Origin: Monocercomonoides exilis PA203
Taxonomy: Eukaryota > Protista > Preaxostyla
Reading direction: 5' to 3'
Assembly: GCA_001643675.2 (NCBI GenBank)
Contig: LSRY02000017.1
Span: 1,488,001 to 1,552,000, forward strand
DNA: 64,000 bases
Each line of letters begins with the position of its first letter. The first letter of the stretch is position 1. The position numbers and the translations under genes were made by a program. Below the pieces are notes generated by a model, which worked only from the letters and a program-made list of their open reading frames with translations, was not told where the DNA came from and made no database searches. This document shows, in pieces, positions 31,001 through 42,146 of this stretch.

Positions 31001-34000
31001 AACGAGAATAATGATGAGTCAAATGGGATGATCGAAATAAGTGTATCATGTACCTTTAAAAGCATCAAGATGATGTTGTGCAATTCAATAAGACCCTATT
31101 CTTCACTATTTAAAGTCAACGCTGATTGCCTAAACATTGACAATATAATAATTGAAGGAAATTCAGAAGAGTGCAATGGGCTTGAAGTTGAATATAGTAT
31201 CATCTCTATTTTGAATGGACATGCTATTGCAAATCAATTATTTATTGATGGAATTACTATTGGTGATCATTCCATCATTGAAGTGATTGGCGGGGATTCA
31301 ACCGCAACTACTATCGCTTGCGAGTGGCGGAACATTCATTCATCTGGGCAAATTGGATTAATTCATGTAACAGAACACGGATTTATTGATGCAAATGATA
31401 CTAATATTTGTGGATGCATATTTGAAGAAGGATGTGGTATTAAATTGAATTGTCCAGGAATAGCAACAATTGGTAACATTTCATTTTTGAATAATACCAT
31501 TTCAAAAGGAAATGGAACATGCATCAACTGCCAAGATTTAGATAATAAGACAGATAAGATCACAATATATGATTGCAATTTCGAAGAATGCAAAGTTATG
31601 AGTGATGAAGATGGAGGAGGTGGACTTTTCTGTTCGTTATCAAATTCGTCAGAAATTATTATTTCATCCTGTCATTTCAACAGATGCGAAGCACAAACAG
31701 ATCAAATGATTAGCTTTGGAGGTGGAATTCTTTTGGATAGCAATGAAGCAGATTGCTTTATTTTAAGAGATCTTGATTTTTCTTATTGTAGTGCAAAATT
31801 CGGAAAGAATATGTTTATTCAATGTTCTGATTTATTCAATTCTGTAACAGAAGCTGCATTTGACTTTAATGTTTCCAAAGGATGGGAAGATGATAACCTG
31901 TTTGTTGGAAAGGACAAGATATTTGAGGGTTTTGACATCACCAGGCTTCTTCTTGAATACACCTCTGAACAGATATTTGTAAGTGAAACAAAGGGATTGG
32001 ATACTTTACGATGCGGAAGAGAAAATGAACCATGCTTGACTGTACCAAAGTGCATTGAACACTTTCGACATTCTGTTGACCCAAACCCTCTCACAAACTT
32101 TTCTTTTTCGCAAGCTGCATTAATAGACCCTTCTTTGTTCAAACTATTTGTGATTGAAGATGTTCTTGTCGATTGCAAGCTTGATTTATCTGGCATATGC
32201 ATCACATCAGCGATGCCACTTGAAAGGAGCTTTTTAAGATTCAATCCGATTTTTAATTGCGAAGCAAAAGGAGTTATAGATTGTGAATCCGTTATTGAGA
32301 ACAGCAGAGACATGACAATCAGTAAGCTGAATTTGAGTTTCACAAATGTTAATGAACTGGACGCTGAAGGAGTCATTTGGACTTCAAACGGACTTTTCAT
32401 ATTTAGCGAATGTGATGTATATGATATTTCCAATAACAAGTTGAAATGTTCATTCATCATTTGCACATCAGGAAAATGTGAAATAATTGCGAGTTCATTC
32501 AGCCAACTGAATTGCGAAACCTATTTTATTGTTTCGCATTGCGTTGAAGAGTTGTCTATCAAAAATATTTCAATAATAGGAGTAACACTGAACGGAATGA
32601 GTTTTTTCAAGCATTGCTGTTCATACAGTGACGAAACGGAGAGCGTTAGAAACGAGAAAATGATTGTGTATAAATTGTGCGAGTTTGAGAATATCACACA
32701 CAAATCAGAAACAGAACCAGCCATAATTTTTTGTGATTGCAACAGTAATTGTTATAGAAACATTATCATTGAGAATACAACTTTAAAGAAATGTGGAAGT
32801 GAATGGAGCAAAAAAGGAGGTGGGATGATGATACAATTGAACGAAAACAATGGAATGCAAATTCATAATTCAAGTGTAATCGAATGCTATTGTGCATTGG
32901 ATGGACGTGGAGGTGGGATGTATTTGGACTGCATTGAGAAAAAGGAAATACTGTTAAACTTTGCCATTACAAACGTAACATTCATTAGGAATCTTGGATA
33001 TTGTGGAAGAGATGTTTATGTGAAATGTCAATCCATTGAAAAACAATTAAGCGATGTGCAATTCCAAATTAACTTCAATCTACCATTTGACAGAGAGTTA
33101 GCGATCTGGGGATGTACAATGGATGCATTTGAAGATGAGGAGGATCTTCTTCCTTATTTGATTGTTTTCAAAGATGAAATGATATTTGTATCAAATGTAA
33201 TGGAAAACAACGCTGACAATCGTCAATGCGGAAAACAAATAAGTCCATGCACATCTGTGGATATTGGAATGTCACATGTAATTCCTTCAGTTTACAGTCA
33301 CTTGCTTATTTATAGGAGATCCTCTGTGAATGGCGAAGGATATGTCAGTGATGTCACAATCAAAATGCTCGATGCTGATCAGCATGATGGAATTATTGTA
33401 TTGAATAACACAATTAACAAGAAACGTGATGCTTTATTCCTTTTAAATTCCACAGTGAATATATACAATGTATCATTTGTTTTCTCCAACAAATTTTGTA
33501 GTGAGCATGTTGGACTTCTTTGGATGGATAGAGGAAATTTGAACATTGACGGGGTTTGCTTTCGTCAGGATATCGATGAGTACATGAAGAACGAGAGAAG
33601 TTTGAATTGTTCATTTGTTATTGTTACCCAAGGGTCTATGAGTATACGTGATTGCTCAGTATCTAACATCAGAACAAAAGAATGCTTCGTTGATGTGAGA
33701 AATGGAACAACGGTTAGGATAGAAAGAGTGTTATCCAATGCGATTCATTTGTATAAATCGTTCATAATTATTCAAAAAACATTAAACTTATCTCTTTCCA
33801 ACGTAGAAACATTTAACGAATATTCAGAAGGAAACATGATTCAACTAAATAACGTTGAAAATGCCATTGTACAAGGACTGACAATTGATAAATGCTCAGG
33901 TAATGGCTTATTCTTTGAAACAAAGAATATTCAAAATATGGCAATTTCAAAAGTGAAAATATCCTATTCGACATTTCAATGGGGATGGCATATCATCAAG

Positions 34001-36445
34001 GCAGAGGAAGACTTTGATTCAGAAAGAAAACATTTAGAGATTAAAATTGAATCAAAAGAAAAAGAAAGCGCAAAAGAAAGCTTTAACGACATCAAAGAAG
34101 AACAAGTCGAGATTAGCCAAATCGAAGGAAATGGAGTGCAGATTAAAAAAGAACCTTTCATTTCTGCTGTTAATCTTCAAACTTTTTCCACATTCTCCCA
34201 TATTAGTTTGATGAACATATCCACAGAGTCACTTGAATCAAGCGTCTTTTGTGTTAAGAACAACAGCGAAAAAGTGGAGTTTATTAACTGTTCCATTGTG
34301 AATTGTAAATCGCCAATTGAAACGGGAACTCTTGTTAATGTAGATGAAAGCACAAATTTGTTCATGAATTTGTGCTTATTTGACGGATACGAAAGTGAGT
34401 CAAAAAGCGTTAATAAATATACTTCGAAAGAACATGATCGTAACATTTGCTGGTGGAATGGGTCATCAGTAGAATTCTCTAGAACGACAGCACAGATGAA
34501 AGATACAGAAATTACAAACTGTTCAAAGGGTGCACTTTCACTGATACGCACAAATATATTTATTGAAGATGGAAAATTCAATCACAACAATCCTTCATTC
34601 ACCGGATTTGAATCTATTCATCGCAACATATTATGCAGTGGCAACGGATCCTTATCAATAAAAAGTTTGAAAGGCGATCCAGGAATGGATGCAAATTCTT
34701 CCTTATGGATTTTGAATGATGGATGTAAGTTATCAGGAATCGCAGCTGATCGGCCATCTGCTTTTTTCATTCCACTGCTTGAGAAAGCAGAAACAGTTTG
34801 CAGTGAAGGAGAAACGATAGTTACGTTATTTGGAAGAGAACTATTTCCTTGTAATCTAACAGCTAGTATCGTTATTTCAGAAAATGCAAGTGAAACGTTC
34901 TTGAGCAAACCACTTGAAGACGAATGCTTTGAAGATGAAAATAAAGTGCATTTAACAGTAGAAATAGCACTTAATGAATTGTCCAATGAAACAACAGTTG
35001 GTATATTTTTAACTTTTGGCAGCACTGATGCTCCATCACAAACAGAGGCATTCATCCTGAAGAACAAAACAGATTCGAAGATTGATGATGAAGCGAAGGT
35101 CGCGAAAGGAGCAAATGGCTCAACTCCTTCGTTATCACTGATAATTATTTTTCTTTTCGCTGTTTTGTTTTTGATTGTTCTTATTGTTGCAATCGCCTTT
35201 ATTGTTCGTTGGAGAAAGCAAAAGAGGAGAACAGAAGAGCTGGAGTTGATTGTTGAAGACACAGTGAAAAAGGATCCGAAGCTGATTGAGATGGTGACAA
35301 TGGAGACGTCTCCCGAGGAACAGTGGAGGAGAGCAGAGAAAGAGGCAGAGAAGAAGAATGAAGAGAGGATCAAGAAGAGAGTATACGAGAAAAGTTTGGG
35401 ACATTCAGAATCATCAGAGCATCTTCTTTCTGAGAGTGGATCAACAGAATATATTCTTGGGAGAGATTCAGACAAGATCCCTGATTGGGCATTAGAAAAG
35501 GAGGAGGAGGAAGAGATAAGAAAGCAGACTCCATCTCCATCCATTTCATCCACTTCAACGACTGATTCAGATTCAACTTTTGTTCGATCAGAGAGTCTGT
35601 GTCCAACCACTTCGTCGATGTCAAACCTCGTGGATGCTATAAGCTGTTCATCGCCTCACGAAAAGCTGATTGTTGATCTGAGGGATTCACTTTTCATGCT
35701 GCTTCATGGAAGAAATGAAAAGAAAGAGATGGCGATTGGTACTCTGCAAGAGAGGGAGCAGACAGGTGCCCAGATCCTGTTCTGGGTGGCGAATGGGGCA
35801 CTCCACTCATTTGACGAAATGGAAAACCCTCTTTCCTCTTTGGCCAATCTGAGTCCTCACATTGTGTTGTTCTCAGAACATATGGTCATCTGCATTGTGA
35901 TGCACTCCGACTTATCATCTGACGATGATTCAGATTCTTCATCTATTTCTTCATCAACTGTTGTCACATCTGCCAGCGATGATGATGATGAATACTCTCT
36001 TCCTTCATCAGCCTTTGAGGAGGAGGATGATTTCAAAAAAGAGTGTCTAAGGTGGAAGGCGCCAGAACTGCTGATGAACAAGAAGATGGGGGCGACGAAG
36101 GAGTCGGTGGCATTCTCAATTGGGATGATGCTGTGGGAGTGTCTGACACTGAATATTCCGTTTGGGGAGTATGAAGCTGTGATTGCTGGAGATAAGATTG
36201 TGAATGGAGAAAGGCAAGGTTGTAAATCCATTGAAGGCTGTTCACTCTGTGGGTTGATTGGAAGGTGTCTAAAACAGTCGGGAGAGGAGAGGCCGACGCT
36301 GAACGAGCTGAAGCGGGAGTTTATCCAACGCTTTCCAACTGGAGCTGTGATGCTCACTATTTCTGATGCAATAGGGCTTCATTTGTGTTCAGGAAATCAT
36401 AACCACATCAATGTGAAAAAAAGTTCAAAAAGCTCATCTTTCTAA
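28034..36445 (+). CDS. Intronless 2803-aa type I surface receptor: beta-helix (GGA[I/V], GGG) Cys/Asn-rich ectodomain, one TM, degenerate kinase C-lobe (pseudokinase)
   Basis: Signal-like N-terminus; repeated HGGAI/YGGAV/GGG(M/L/I) turns; four CG-x4-(P/E)C-x-(T/S) modules; TM ~35138-35211 followed by RWRKQKRR; RWKAPELL...SVAFSIGMMLWECLT..IPF...CL......RPT kinase subdomains VIII-XI, without HRD or DFG. Confidence 0.88.
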   Translation: MKITCFNVVLFFICIKNVQDCFSVVSTRSHQISANAQIKSMLGLSNKQNEFELASSTNDSHSLNSKKEIDFKDNETIIPEQSTFLKDNNNQQKHEDETFANWAKTYNSVLFWKNVSLNKAVISSNLIHSNCSFELNKVFFQNEHYQKFFLNSINSNIFVKESTFICNDCSIQTPFNISSGIIFITNISIIHNDHLNNPFSLVVTSVNVSSRNKLTGSVLISNCKFSSMTSSCNHSLLGSKYFYQVKTKHCIFTNITENQCEKRIIHQLHTVQTNMIDNCEFIDCERPFYGVVVEGSTSNELFAFNSSFERSSGTIKNTDFLTTRGSFAEGETIFEECSFTGCTSLHGGAITVLKNGVLKIKSCSFSKCNCTYTRRYAYGGAVFCNETNCEIHNTTFFYCVGVENYSIGGAFIHTHNGLSLIKGCSFIGCEAAFGGAIAWDEGGSGCAYDSTFDNNKARTGYAGTVFLQDQKVMCNFSNCSVLRGYSPLGAAGIDTAVSYNEYRFSINFCFFAENKMEQEMYAADIFIETSFEPDYGKNLITNCYSLSTAKRRVVVCSNYNGQCEDNDNEKNSWLPIQPIEICIKGSGTNICTCGREGSECKTVAYGITLWRSDMKQNIILAGEEFIEDEILLNGKSFIFVGCSDKKTKLKCLESSSNECLLVISNGSLTVNTISFVSAFNRTVIRIGSNGITSFNDCSFENETSLMDCSCKTLICIDSGSLKMVNSRMCNFNFEAASCISIINAQKIEISMCTFENIMNDGNGGCINADYPDVGNEHSIDINGSKFINCNITGTENEGGGMFISISNGCSFNLANTEFEKCVAPFDIEEKGKGGGLMIILKDLSFEFNLSGGIFGENNNAKYGKDVFIRSINLLSAININRFLFWKEDDASDKLMGMENSIPDVVIPLEIYFLQLKSAVKVAENGVDYAKCGFESFPCQTLGYSFFRKKGFIKNVEIYGSVQVNEKMIMNDLGYCINGGESMSIMRINRNENNDESNGMIEISVSCTFKSIKMMLCNSIRPYSSLFKVNADCLNIDNIIIEGNSEECNGLEVEYSIISILNGHAIANQLFIDGITIGDHSIIEVIGGDSTATTIACEWRNIHSSGQIGLIHVTEHGFIDANDTNICGCIFEEGCGIKLNCPGIATIGNISFLNNTISKGNGTCINCQDLDNKTDKITIYDCNFEECKVMSDEDGGGGLFCSLSNSSEIIISSCHFNRCEAQTDQMISFGGGILLDSNEADCFILRDLDFSYCSAKFGKNMFIQCSDLFNSVTEAAFDFNVSKGWEDDNLFVGKDKIFEGFDITRLLLEYTSEQIFVSETKGLDTLRCGRENEPCLTVPKCIEHFRHSVDPNPLTNFSFSQAALIDPSLFKLFVIEDVLVDCKLDLSGICITSAMPLERSFLRFNPIFNCEAKGVIDCESVIENSRDMTISKLNLSFTNVNELDAEGVIWTSNGLFIFSECDVYDISNNKLKCSFIICTSGKCEIIASSFSQLNCETYFIVSHCVEELSIKNISIIGVTLNGMSFFKHCCSYSDETESVRNEKMIVYKLCEFENITHKSETEPAIIFCDCNSNCYRNIIIENTTLKKCGSEWSKKGGGMMIQLNENNGMQIHNSSVIECYCALDGRGGGMYLDCIEKKEILLNFAITNVTFIRNLGYCGRDVYVKCQSIEKQLSDVQFQINFNLPFDRELAIWGCTMDAFEDEEDLLPYLIVFKDEMIFVSNVMENNADNRQCGKQISPCTSVDIGMSHVIPSVYSHLLIYRRSSVNGEGYVSDVTIKMLDADQHDGIIVLNNTINKKRDALFLLNSTVNIYNVSFVFSNKFCSEHVGLLWMDRGNLNIDGVCFRQDIDEYMKNERSLNCSFVIVTQGSMSIRDCSVSNIRTKECFVDVRNGTTVRIERVLSNAIHLYKSFIIIQKTLNLSLSNVETFNEYSEGNMIQLNNVENAIVQGLTIDKCSGNGLFFETKNIQNMAISKVKISYSTFQWGWHIIKAEEDFDSERKHLEIKIESKEKESAKESFNDIKEEQVEISQIEGNGVQIKKEPFISAVNLQTFSTFSHISLMNISTESLESSVFCVKNNSEKVEFINCSIVNCKSPIETGTLVNVDESTNLFMNLCLFDGYESESKSVNKYTSKEHDRNICWWNGSSVEFSRTTAQMKDTEITNCSKGALSLIRTNIFIEDGKFNHNNPSFTGFESIHRNILCSGNGSLSIKSLKGDPGMDANSSLWILNDGCKLSGIAADRPSAFFIPLLEKAETVCSEGETIVTLFGRELFPCNLTASIVISENASETFLSKPLEDECFEDENKVHLTVEIALNELSNETTVGIFLTFGSTDAPSQTEAFILKNKTDSKIDDEAKVAKGANGSTPSLSLIIIFLFAVLFLIVLIVAIAFIVRWRKQKRRTEELELIVEDTVKKDPKLIEMVTMETSPEEQWRRAEKEAEKKNEERIKKRVYEKSLGHSESSEHLLSESGSTEYILGRDSDKIPDWALEKEEEEEIRKQTPSPSISSTSTTDSDSTFVRSESLCPTTSSMSNLVDAISCSSPHEKLIVDLRDSLFMLLHGRNEKKEMAIGTLQEREQTGAQILFWVANGALHSFDEMENPLSSLANLSPHIVLFSEHMVICIVMHSDLSSDDDSDSSSISSSTVVTSASDDDDEYSLPSSAFEEEDDFKKECLRWKAPELLMNKKMGATKESVAFSIGMMLWECLTLNIPFGEYEAVIAGDKIVNGERQGCKSIEGCSLCGLIGRCLKQSGEERPTLNELKREFIQRFPTGAVMLTISDAIGLHLCSGNHNHINVKKSSKSSSF

Positions 36446-37406
36446 CATTAGTATCAATTATATCATTGAGTCATAAAAAAATTATCAATAAAAAAGATAA
36501 AAGAGGAGTTAAACAAACAATAGGGAAAAAATAAAATGGAAATAACTTTGATTTTCATTTGATTGTGGAAAAAATGCTTATTTATCGTGGAAAAAACTAA
36601 AAATAAACTCCTTTGTAAAGGAGGAGCAAACTTTTATGAATTAAAAATGAAAATCAATATTCTCAAAGTCTCAATCAAATATTATTAGAACAAACATATT
36701 CTTTTCACATCTATTGACAATTTTCAAATCACGAAAAAATGTTAAGACAACTTCGAATAACTTCCATTTTGTTCATAACAGTTGCAATAAAGTCCTTATT
36801 TAAATTAAAGTATTGTACGCTCAATTGATCAAAAACACTCAAGGCATTTTGAACGAAATTCTAACTGTTAAATTTCATCTGATTGTCACACAATTCCGTC
36901 ATTTAAGCCCAACTTATCTCTCTAATAGATTATCCTTCATTCATGTGAGCGGGAAAGTTAACGATCCTTGGGATATTTTTCTGTATTCTTAAATAATTTA
37001 TAAAAACTCACAATTAATGAATTAAAAATGGTTTCTTTGTCAATTCTTTGAAGAAATTGTTTTTGGAATATTTTCCAAAAGATACAAGAAACAAATAAAG
37101 GATGCTTAATAATAATTGTCAATAACTTTAAATTGTTAAAACAAAAATGCAGGAATAAAAACTTTTTATCAAGTTAAAAAACTTAACTCCATCATATTCA
37201 ATTCCACAACGAACTTGTTCGTCTTTTTCTTTTTTCCAAGTTAAGCAAGTTAAAATAATAACTGTTTCAAACATTACTTTTCAACTAGCAATAAACTTTT
37301 AAATTTTTAGATAAAACCGGAAATGAAAACAAATAAAAATGAAGAGTTATTTTTTTTTTTTCTGTTTTCTTTAAAACAAAAATATGCATGAGCTAAATCT
37401 TCGTTA

Positions 37407-40400
37407 TCACTCTCCTTGTCCAGCTGCTATGGATGAAACATATTCCGCTTCTCTTTGAGTGCTCCACTGAGCAACCAAATTTGCAAGGTTGCCAGATTTG
37501 CCAGTTTCTTCGAAGACAGAAGAGATGAGACTGACAAAATTGGAACTGCGAAGAATCTGCTCTTCCTGATAATTCCCCAAATGCATTCAGAATCATTGAG
37601 AAAAGAACAACAAAACAACAAAAAAAGCATCACGCACAAAAGACAGTGAAAAAAAAAATGAGTTGTAAAAAATCTAACTGAGTCAAGAATAGCATGATAC
37701 CTCCCATGATTTACGCTTGATTAGCTCATTGAGCATCCAGGTGTCTATTTCTATTAGACGACGCTCGATCGACTGTGGCATTTGTGAAACACAATAAATG
37801 TTGAATAGAAATGAACGAAAAAAGGAAAGAAAGATGGAAAGAAAGAAGTCAGTTGGAGGGTTTTTAAAAAAAAGTTAAAAAACAAAATTCAGCAGATAAA
37901 TTAAAATTTCTATAAAAAATACGTATTTCCAAAACAGTTTCAACAAAACAAACAAATAAATGAACAAAAAGCAGAAAAGCATGTTTTAGTTGTATTTTCA
38001 TAATTTTTATTCACACAACACACAATCACTTAAAAAAACAACAGAGGCATACCGAAATACACTCACGAAGAATTTCAATGCATTTTGTCAATGGCAATGA
38101 ATTACTGCTATTTGAAGAAGAAGAAGAAGAAGAAGAAGAAGCTGAGCTTTTACTTTCAACAGCTCTTTTCGAAGCAAATGGATCGCCTGCCTCTTCTGTC
38201 CTCTGCTCGACTGGATTGATTGGGCACAGCAGCTGCTGCAGATAAGAGACATACCACTTCTCAAAGCCACACAGCGTCGGCAGCTTTGCAGGCAGCGAGT
38301 TCTCAACAAGCGTCGCATACGTCGTTCCTGTCGGGCGGGCGATAGGCTCATCACTCGAGGCACTTTCTGTGCAGGCTGCTGTGTTCTCAGAAGAAGAAGA
38401 AGAAGAAGAAGAAGAAGATGATGATGATGAAGGAACAGAATCATTAGCTGAAGCAGTCGGGGTGTCTGGATTAGGTTCATTTATTGTACCAAACTGGGAA
38501 GCAGCTGATGTGATGTTTGGGAGTGAAAGATAAGGATCCAACAGAACAGGAAACGGAAACTCTTTTGGCGGTTTTATGTTAGAAATATCAGAAATGTCAA
38601 ACGCATCGTCATTTTCTGCTGGATTCTCTTTCTCCTTCTCTTTCTCTTTCTCTTTCTCTTCCACAGCATCTGTCGATGTGTGGCCATCTGTGTCTACGGT
38701 GTACTCTCTCTCAGCTTCTCGCTTCCACCTTTTGTCGTCTTCAGCCCGTCTCTTCGCTTCTTCCTCTGCCCATCCAGCAAATTCACTGCTGAAATCAGCA
38801 GCCTCCTTCTTTTCATCCATCGCTGCCTCTGCTTTCTTCTTCTCTTCCTCCTCCTTTGCCAACAGCTCATTCATCTTCTCTTCGATTCTTTCCTTTCTTC
38901 TCCACAACATCTTCCGCCGGCAGCTCATTTCAGGGCGGATGTCTCTGCCAATTGCAATCAGAGAGAATGACAGCTCATCGTCGCCCATCGACTTGATGAA
39001 GTCGCGGATGCGCTCCAACACCAGGCGGACCCAGGGTGCTATTGTGGGTGTGGTGGATGAGGATGAGGATGAAGAGGAAGAGGAAGAGGAAGAGGAAGAG
39101 GAAGAGGAAGAGGAAGAGGAAGAGGAAGAGGAAGAGGAGGAAGAAGAAGATGATGATGATGGCGATGATGACGATGATGAAGTTGAAGAAGATGAAGAAG
39201 GTGAAGAAGATTCATTCAGAGCTTCAATGCTTGCTGCGAGTGCTGCCTGCATAAGCTCCTCATCATTCATTGCTTCTTCGTCGATGACTCCGTTTTTATT
39301 CTCCACGTCCATCTGGATGGACTCGCCTGTTGAAGAAGAACCGGATGTTTCGCTGTTTCTTGTTTCGGAGATATTCCCAGAGGCAGACGACGACGAAGCT
39401 GCCTCTTCAGAGGATGACACTTCAAGACTCGCAGCAAGTGCAGCAGCAATCATCTCGTCTTCAGTCATTTCTATTCCATTTATCTGATTAATAGAATTTC
39501 CGTCGATCGAACTAGACTGTGTTGAAGAACTGGGTGACTCAGAAAGATGATGCTGAGAGTCAACTTTTTGATTTGTTGGCTTGATAATAACAGGGCATTT
39601 CTTAAGACCATCCAATTCAACAACTTCCCCTCTTTCATTCATCAATGGAACAAAGCCAACATAATGATATGCATCTTCACCTTTTGAAGGATCTTGCGTT
39701 TCTTCATGAGCAAAAAGTGCTTGACTAAGAATATCATTAAAAATAAAAGAATTGAAAAACAACTTTATACAGTAAAATTTCAAACCCTGTAAAAGAATTA
39801 TGCGCTGTTCGAATTTCTTCAATAGATTGAAGAGATGCCCCTCGTTCTTCAGGAGGCAATGCCATTAAAAAATCTTTTGCATTTGATAAAACTGGACCAA
39901 GTGTTAGATTATTTGAAAGTTTTAAATTCAACAAAATGGATATAAGTGCATGAGTGCAACAAGAATTCTTTGCTTCTTGTCGTGCAAAAAACACATCTGG
40001 AAGATAATTAGCAGGGGTGTTAATAAGCTTGTAAGTATTTCCTACAACTGTATTTTCTTGTTGAGCGTTTTGCCTCTGCTTTTTTGAATAATTAAACAAA
40101 AAAACAAGTCCAAATATTTCTCTAAAAAATGAAATGTCTGTTGAAAAAAAGAAGATAAATTATTTCTAAAAAAATACCCAAGCTCTGCAAATCCGCTTTC
40201 TTCGAGTCCAACAACTTCCGTACACTCAAAACCTTTAGTTCCCAATTTCTCAAGCAATAATGTAAAAACCCCTTCAATTAAACATTTATGTTAAAACGTA
40301 AAAATAAATTGTAACTCAAACCAGGATCAGATTCTATAGTACCCCAATCGGATTCTATAGCACCTTGAGCTGACGGTATAGCAGCAGATGGGATACTTTG

Positions 40401-40412
40401 TCCAGGACCCAT
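37407..40412 (-). CDS. UCHL5: Ubiquitin C-terminal hydrolase, UCH37/UCHL5-type (peptidase C12), with large inserts
   Basis: WGTIESDPGVFTLLL; FGLVFLFNY; FFARQ...NSCCTHALISILLN; IRTAHNSF; DAYHYVGFVP...ELDGL (Cys/His/Asp triad intact); FSLIAI; C-terminal EEQILRSSNFVSLI (UCH37-like tail). Confidence 0.82.
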
Positions 40413-40600
40413 GAATTTTTATATATTGGGCGGTGATCATATTCTTCATATCGTTTTTATTCTTTCATTACAAATCAAATTTTGATGGACTCTTTATATT
40501 TATTTTTGAAATAACTATACGTTAATAATCAATAGATATGTTTATGGGAATACCCATTAGTGATATAAAATTTTTCGATCGAAATATCTGTTGGTCAACA

Positions 40601-42046
40601 ATGACGGAAATGATAAAAAATTTAATTCGCCCCCTTGTGTCAACTAAAACAGTTTCAACTTTCTATACAGACGGAAAGTTAACTCCAGAAGAATTTGTAG
40701 CTGCTGGTGTGCTTCATCCTGTTGATTACCTTCACTTGAAATTACAAATCATTTGCTTCTATTTTCGCTTCAGGTGATATATTATGCAGACACTGCCCCA
40801 CATGGAAATGGTTGAAATTAGCTTTTGAAAAATTGATTTGTATTTTCAAAAATGTAATAATTCCGCAATCTTTAGGGAATCAGGAGACCCCAAAAAGAAG
40901 CTTGCTTTCCTTCCTCCAGAAAAGCAATTTCTTGTAGCGCGTGGAATTCCTTGCAGAACGCGTGCAAAAAGTGCATATGGCGAAGGGGATGGACTCAAAG
41001 TTGGAGCAGGCTCATCTGGAGAGGCAGCTGAAGATGAGGACAATGGATTCAACATTGTGACAAAAGAGGAAGGATGTTTGAGCTCTTTTCAAATGTGAAC
41101 GTTTTTGTTTTAGAATTAATAATTTCCAGCTTCAGGAACATCTTCGTCATCAGTGCCATCTTCTGCGACACCTGAAGATGATGACGATGAAATTGAAGAT
41201 GATGACGATATGCCATCCGTTGCAGAATCTTCTGATCCAGTTTGCTAAAAGGATTTTCTTGATGTTGTATTTTTATTTATTTATTTTTTTTAATTTTGAA
41301 TAGAGCTCTGCTGCACCAAATGCTGCTCCATCTCGTCCAAAATGTCGTGTTTATGAAGCAAGCCTAACATACGATAAACTTTACACATCACCTCGTTTTT
41401 GGCTTCGTGGAGTTGATGAAGACGGAACCACTCCATTGACCCAAGAACAAATTTTCGAAGATATCAGCGAAGTCTGTTGCTTTTTAATTTGTTGGGGGAA
41501 AATAATTTATTTACCATTTAATTCAAATACGCTTCTTTCTATTATTTTTATGATTTCTAACCAAATGTGCAAATAACTTAATGGTAAATATTTTAATAAT
41601 GTTCTTTGATTAGGAGCATGCAAAGAAGACAGTTACAATGGAAAAGCATCATCATTTGGACGTGTTGTACGCATCTATTCATCCATGCAAACATGCCCAT
41701 ACAATGAAAATGATGATGGAAATGGCAAAGGAAGCTAAAAAAGAACAAAACAAATTGAAAGCTGAAGCAAGTGGAAGCGCACCATCAGAAGGTTAGCACC
41801 TTTTCTTTTGAAAATATATTTATTTTTGTTTATAAAAATTGTTCTACTACTTTTTTTTCTATTATTTCACTCTTTATTATTAGATGATTCAGAAGAGCCA
41901 ATTCCTGTTGATCAGTACTTCATTTATTTCTTGAAATTTATTTCAACAATTTGCCCGGTTTGTTTTATAATTATTACAGTTGTTTTTAATAATAAATTTC
42001 AATTTAGACAATGGATATCGATTTTACTGTTTCCGCAAAATTGTAA
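40601..42046 (+). CDS. ATG3: Autophagy E2-like enzyme ATG3; multi-exon
   Basis: [85 protein letters not shown] (catalytic HPC); VDQY...FLKFI....PT..IDFT. Confidence 0.95.
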
Positions 42047-42146
42047 ATCAAGCGTATATTCTATTTCTTTGTTTTTTCAAATATCTTTTTTTTCCCATTT
42101 TCATAACTAAATAAAGGGTGAGCTTTGATCTCTCAATTTTTTTAAA

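Noticed and set aside
36670-37240. Short protein-like frame on the minus strand (NFVQNALSVFDQL...) between the receptor gene and UCH
   Set aside because: No convincing start, splice path or family resemblance; it may be a relic but cannot be supported.
40327-40360. Short direct repeat (CTATAGAATCYGAT) at the UCH N-terminus
   Set aside because: Explained as a small coding duplication (AIESD/TIESD); not array-like.
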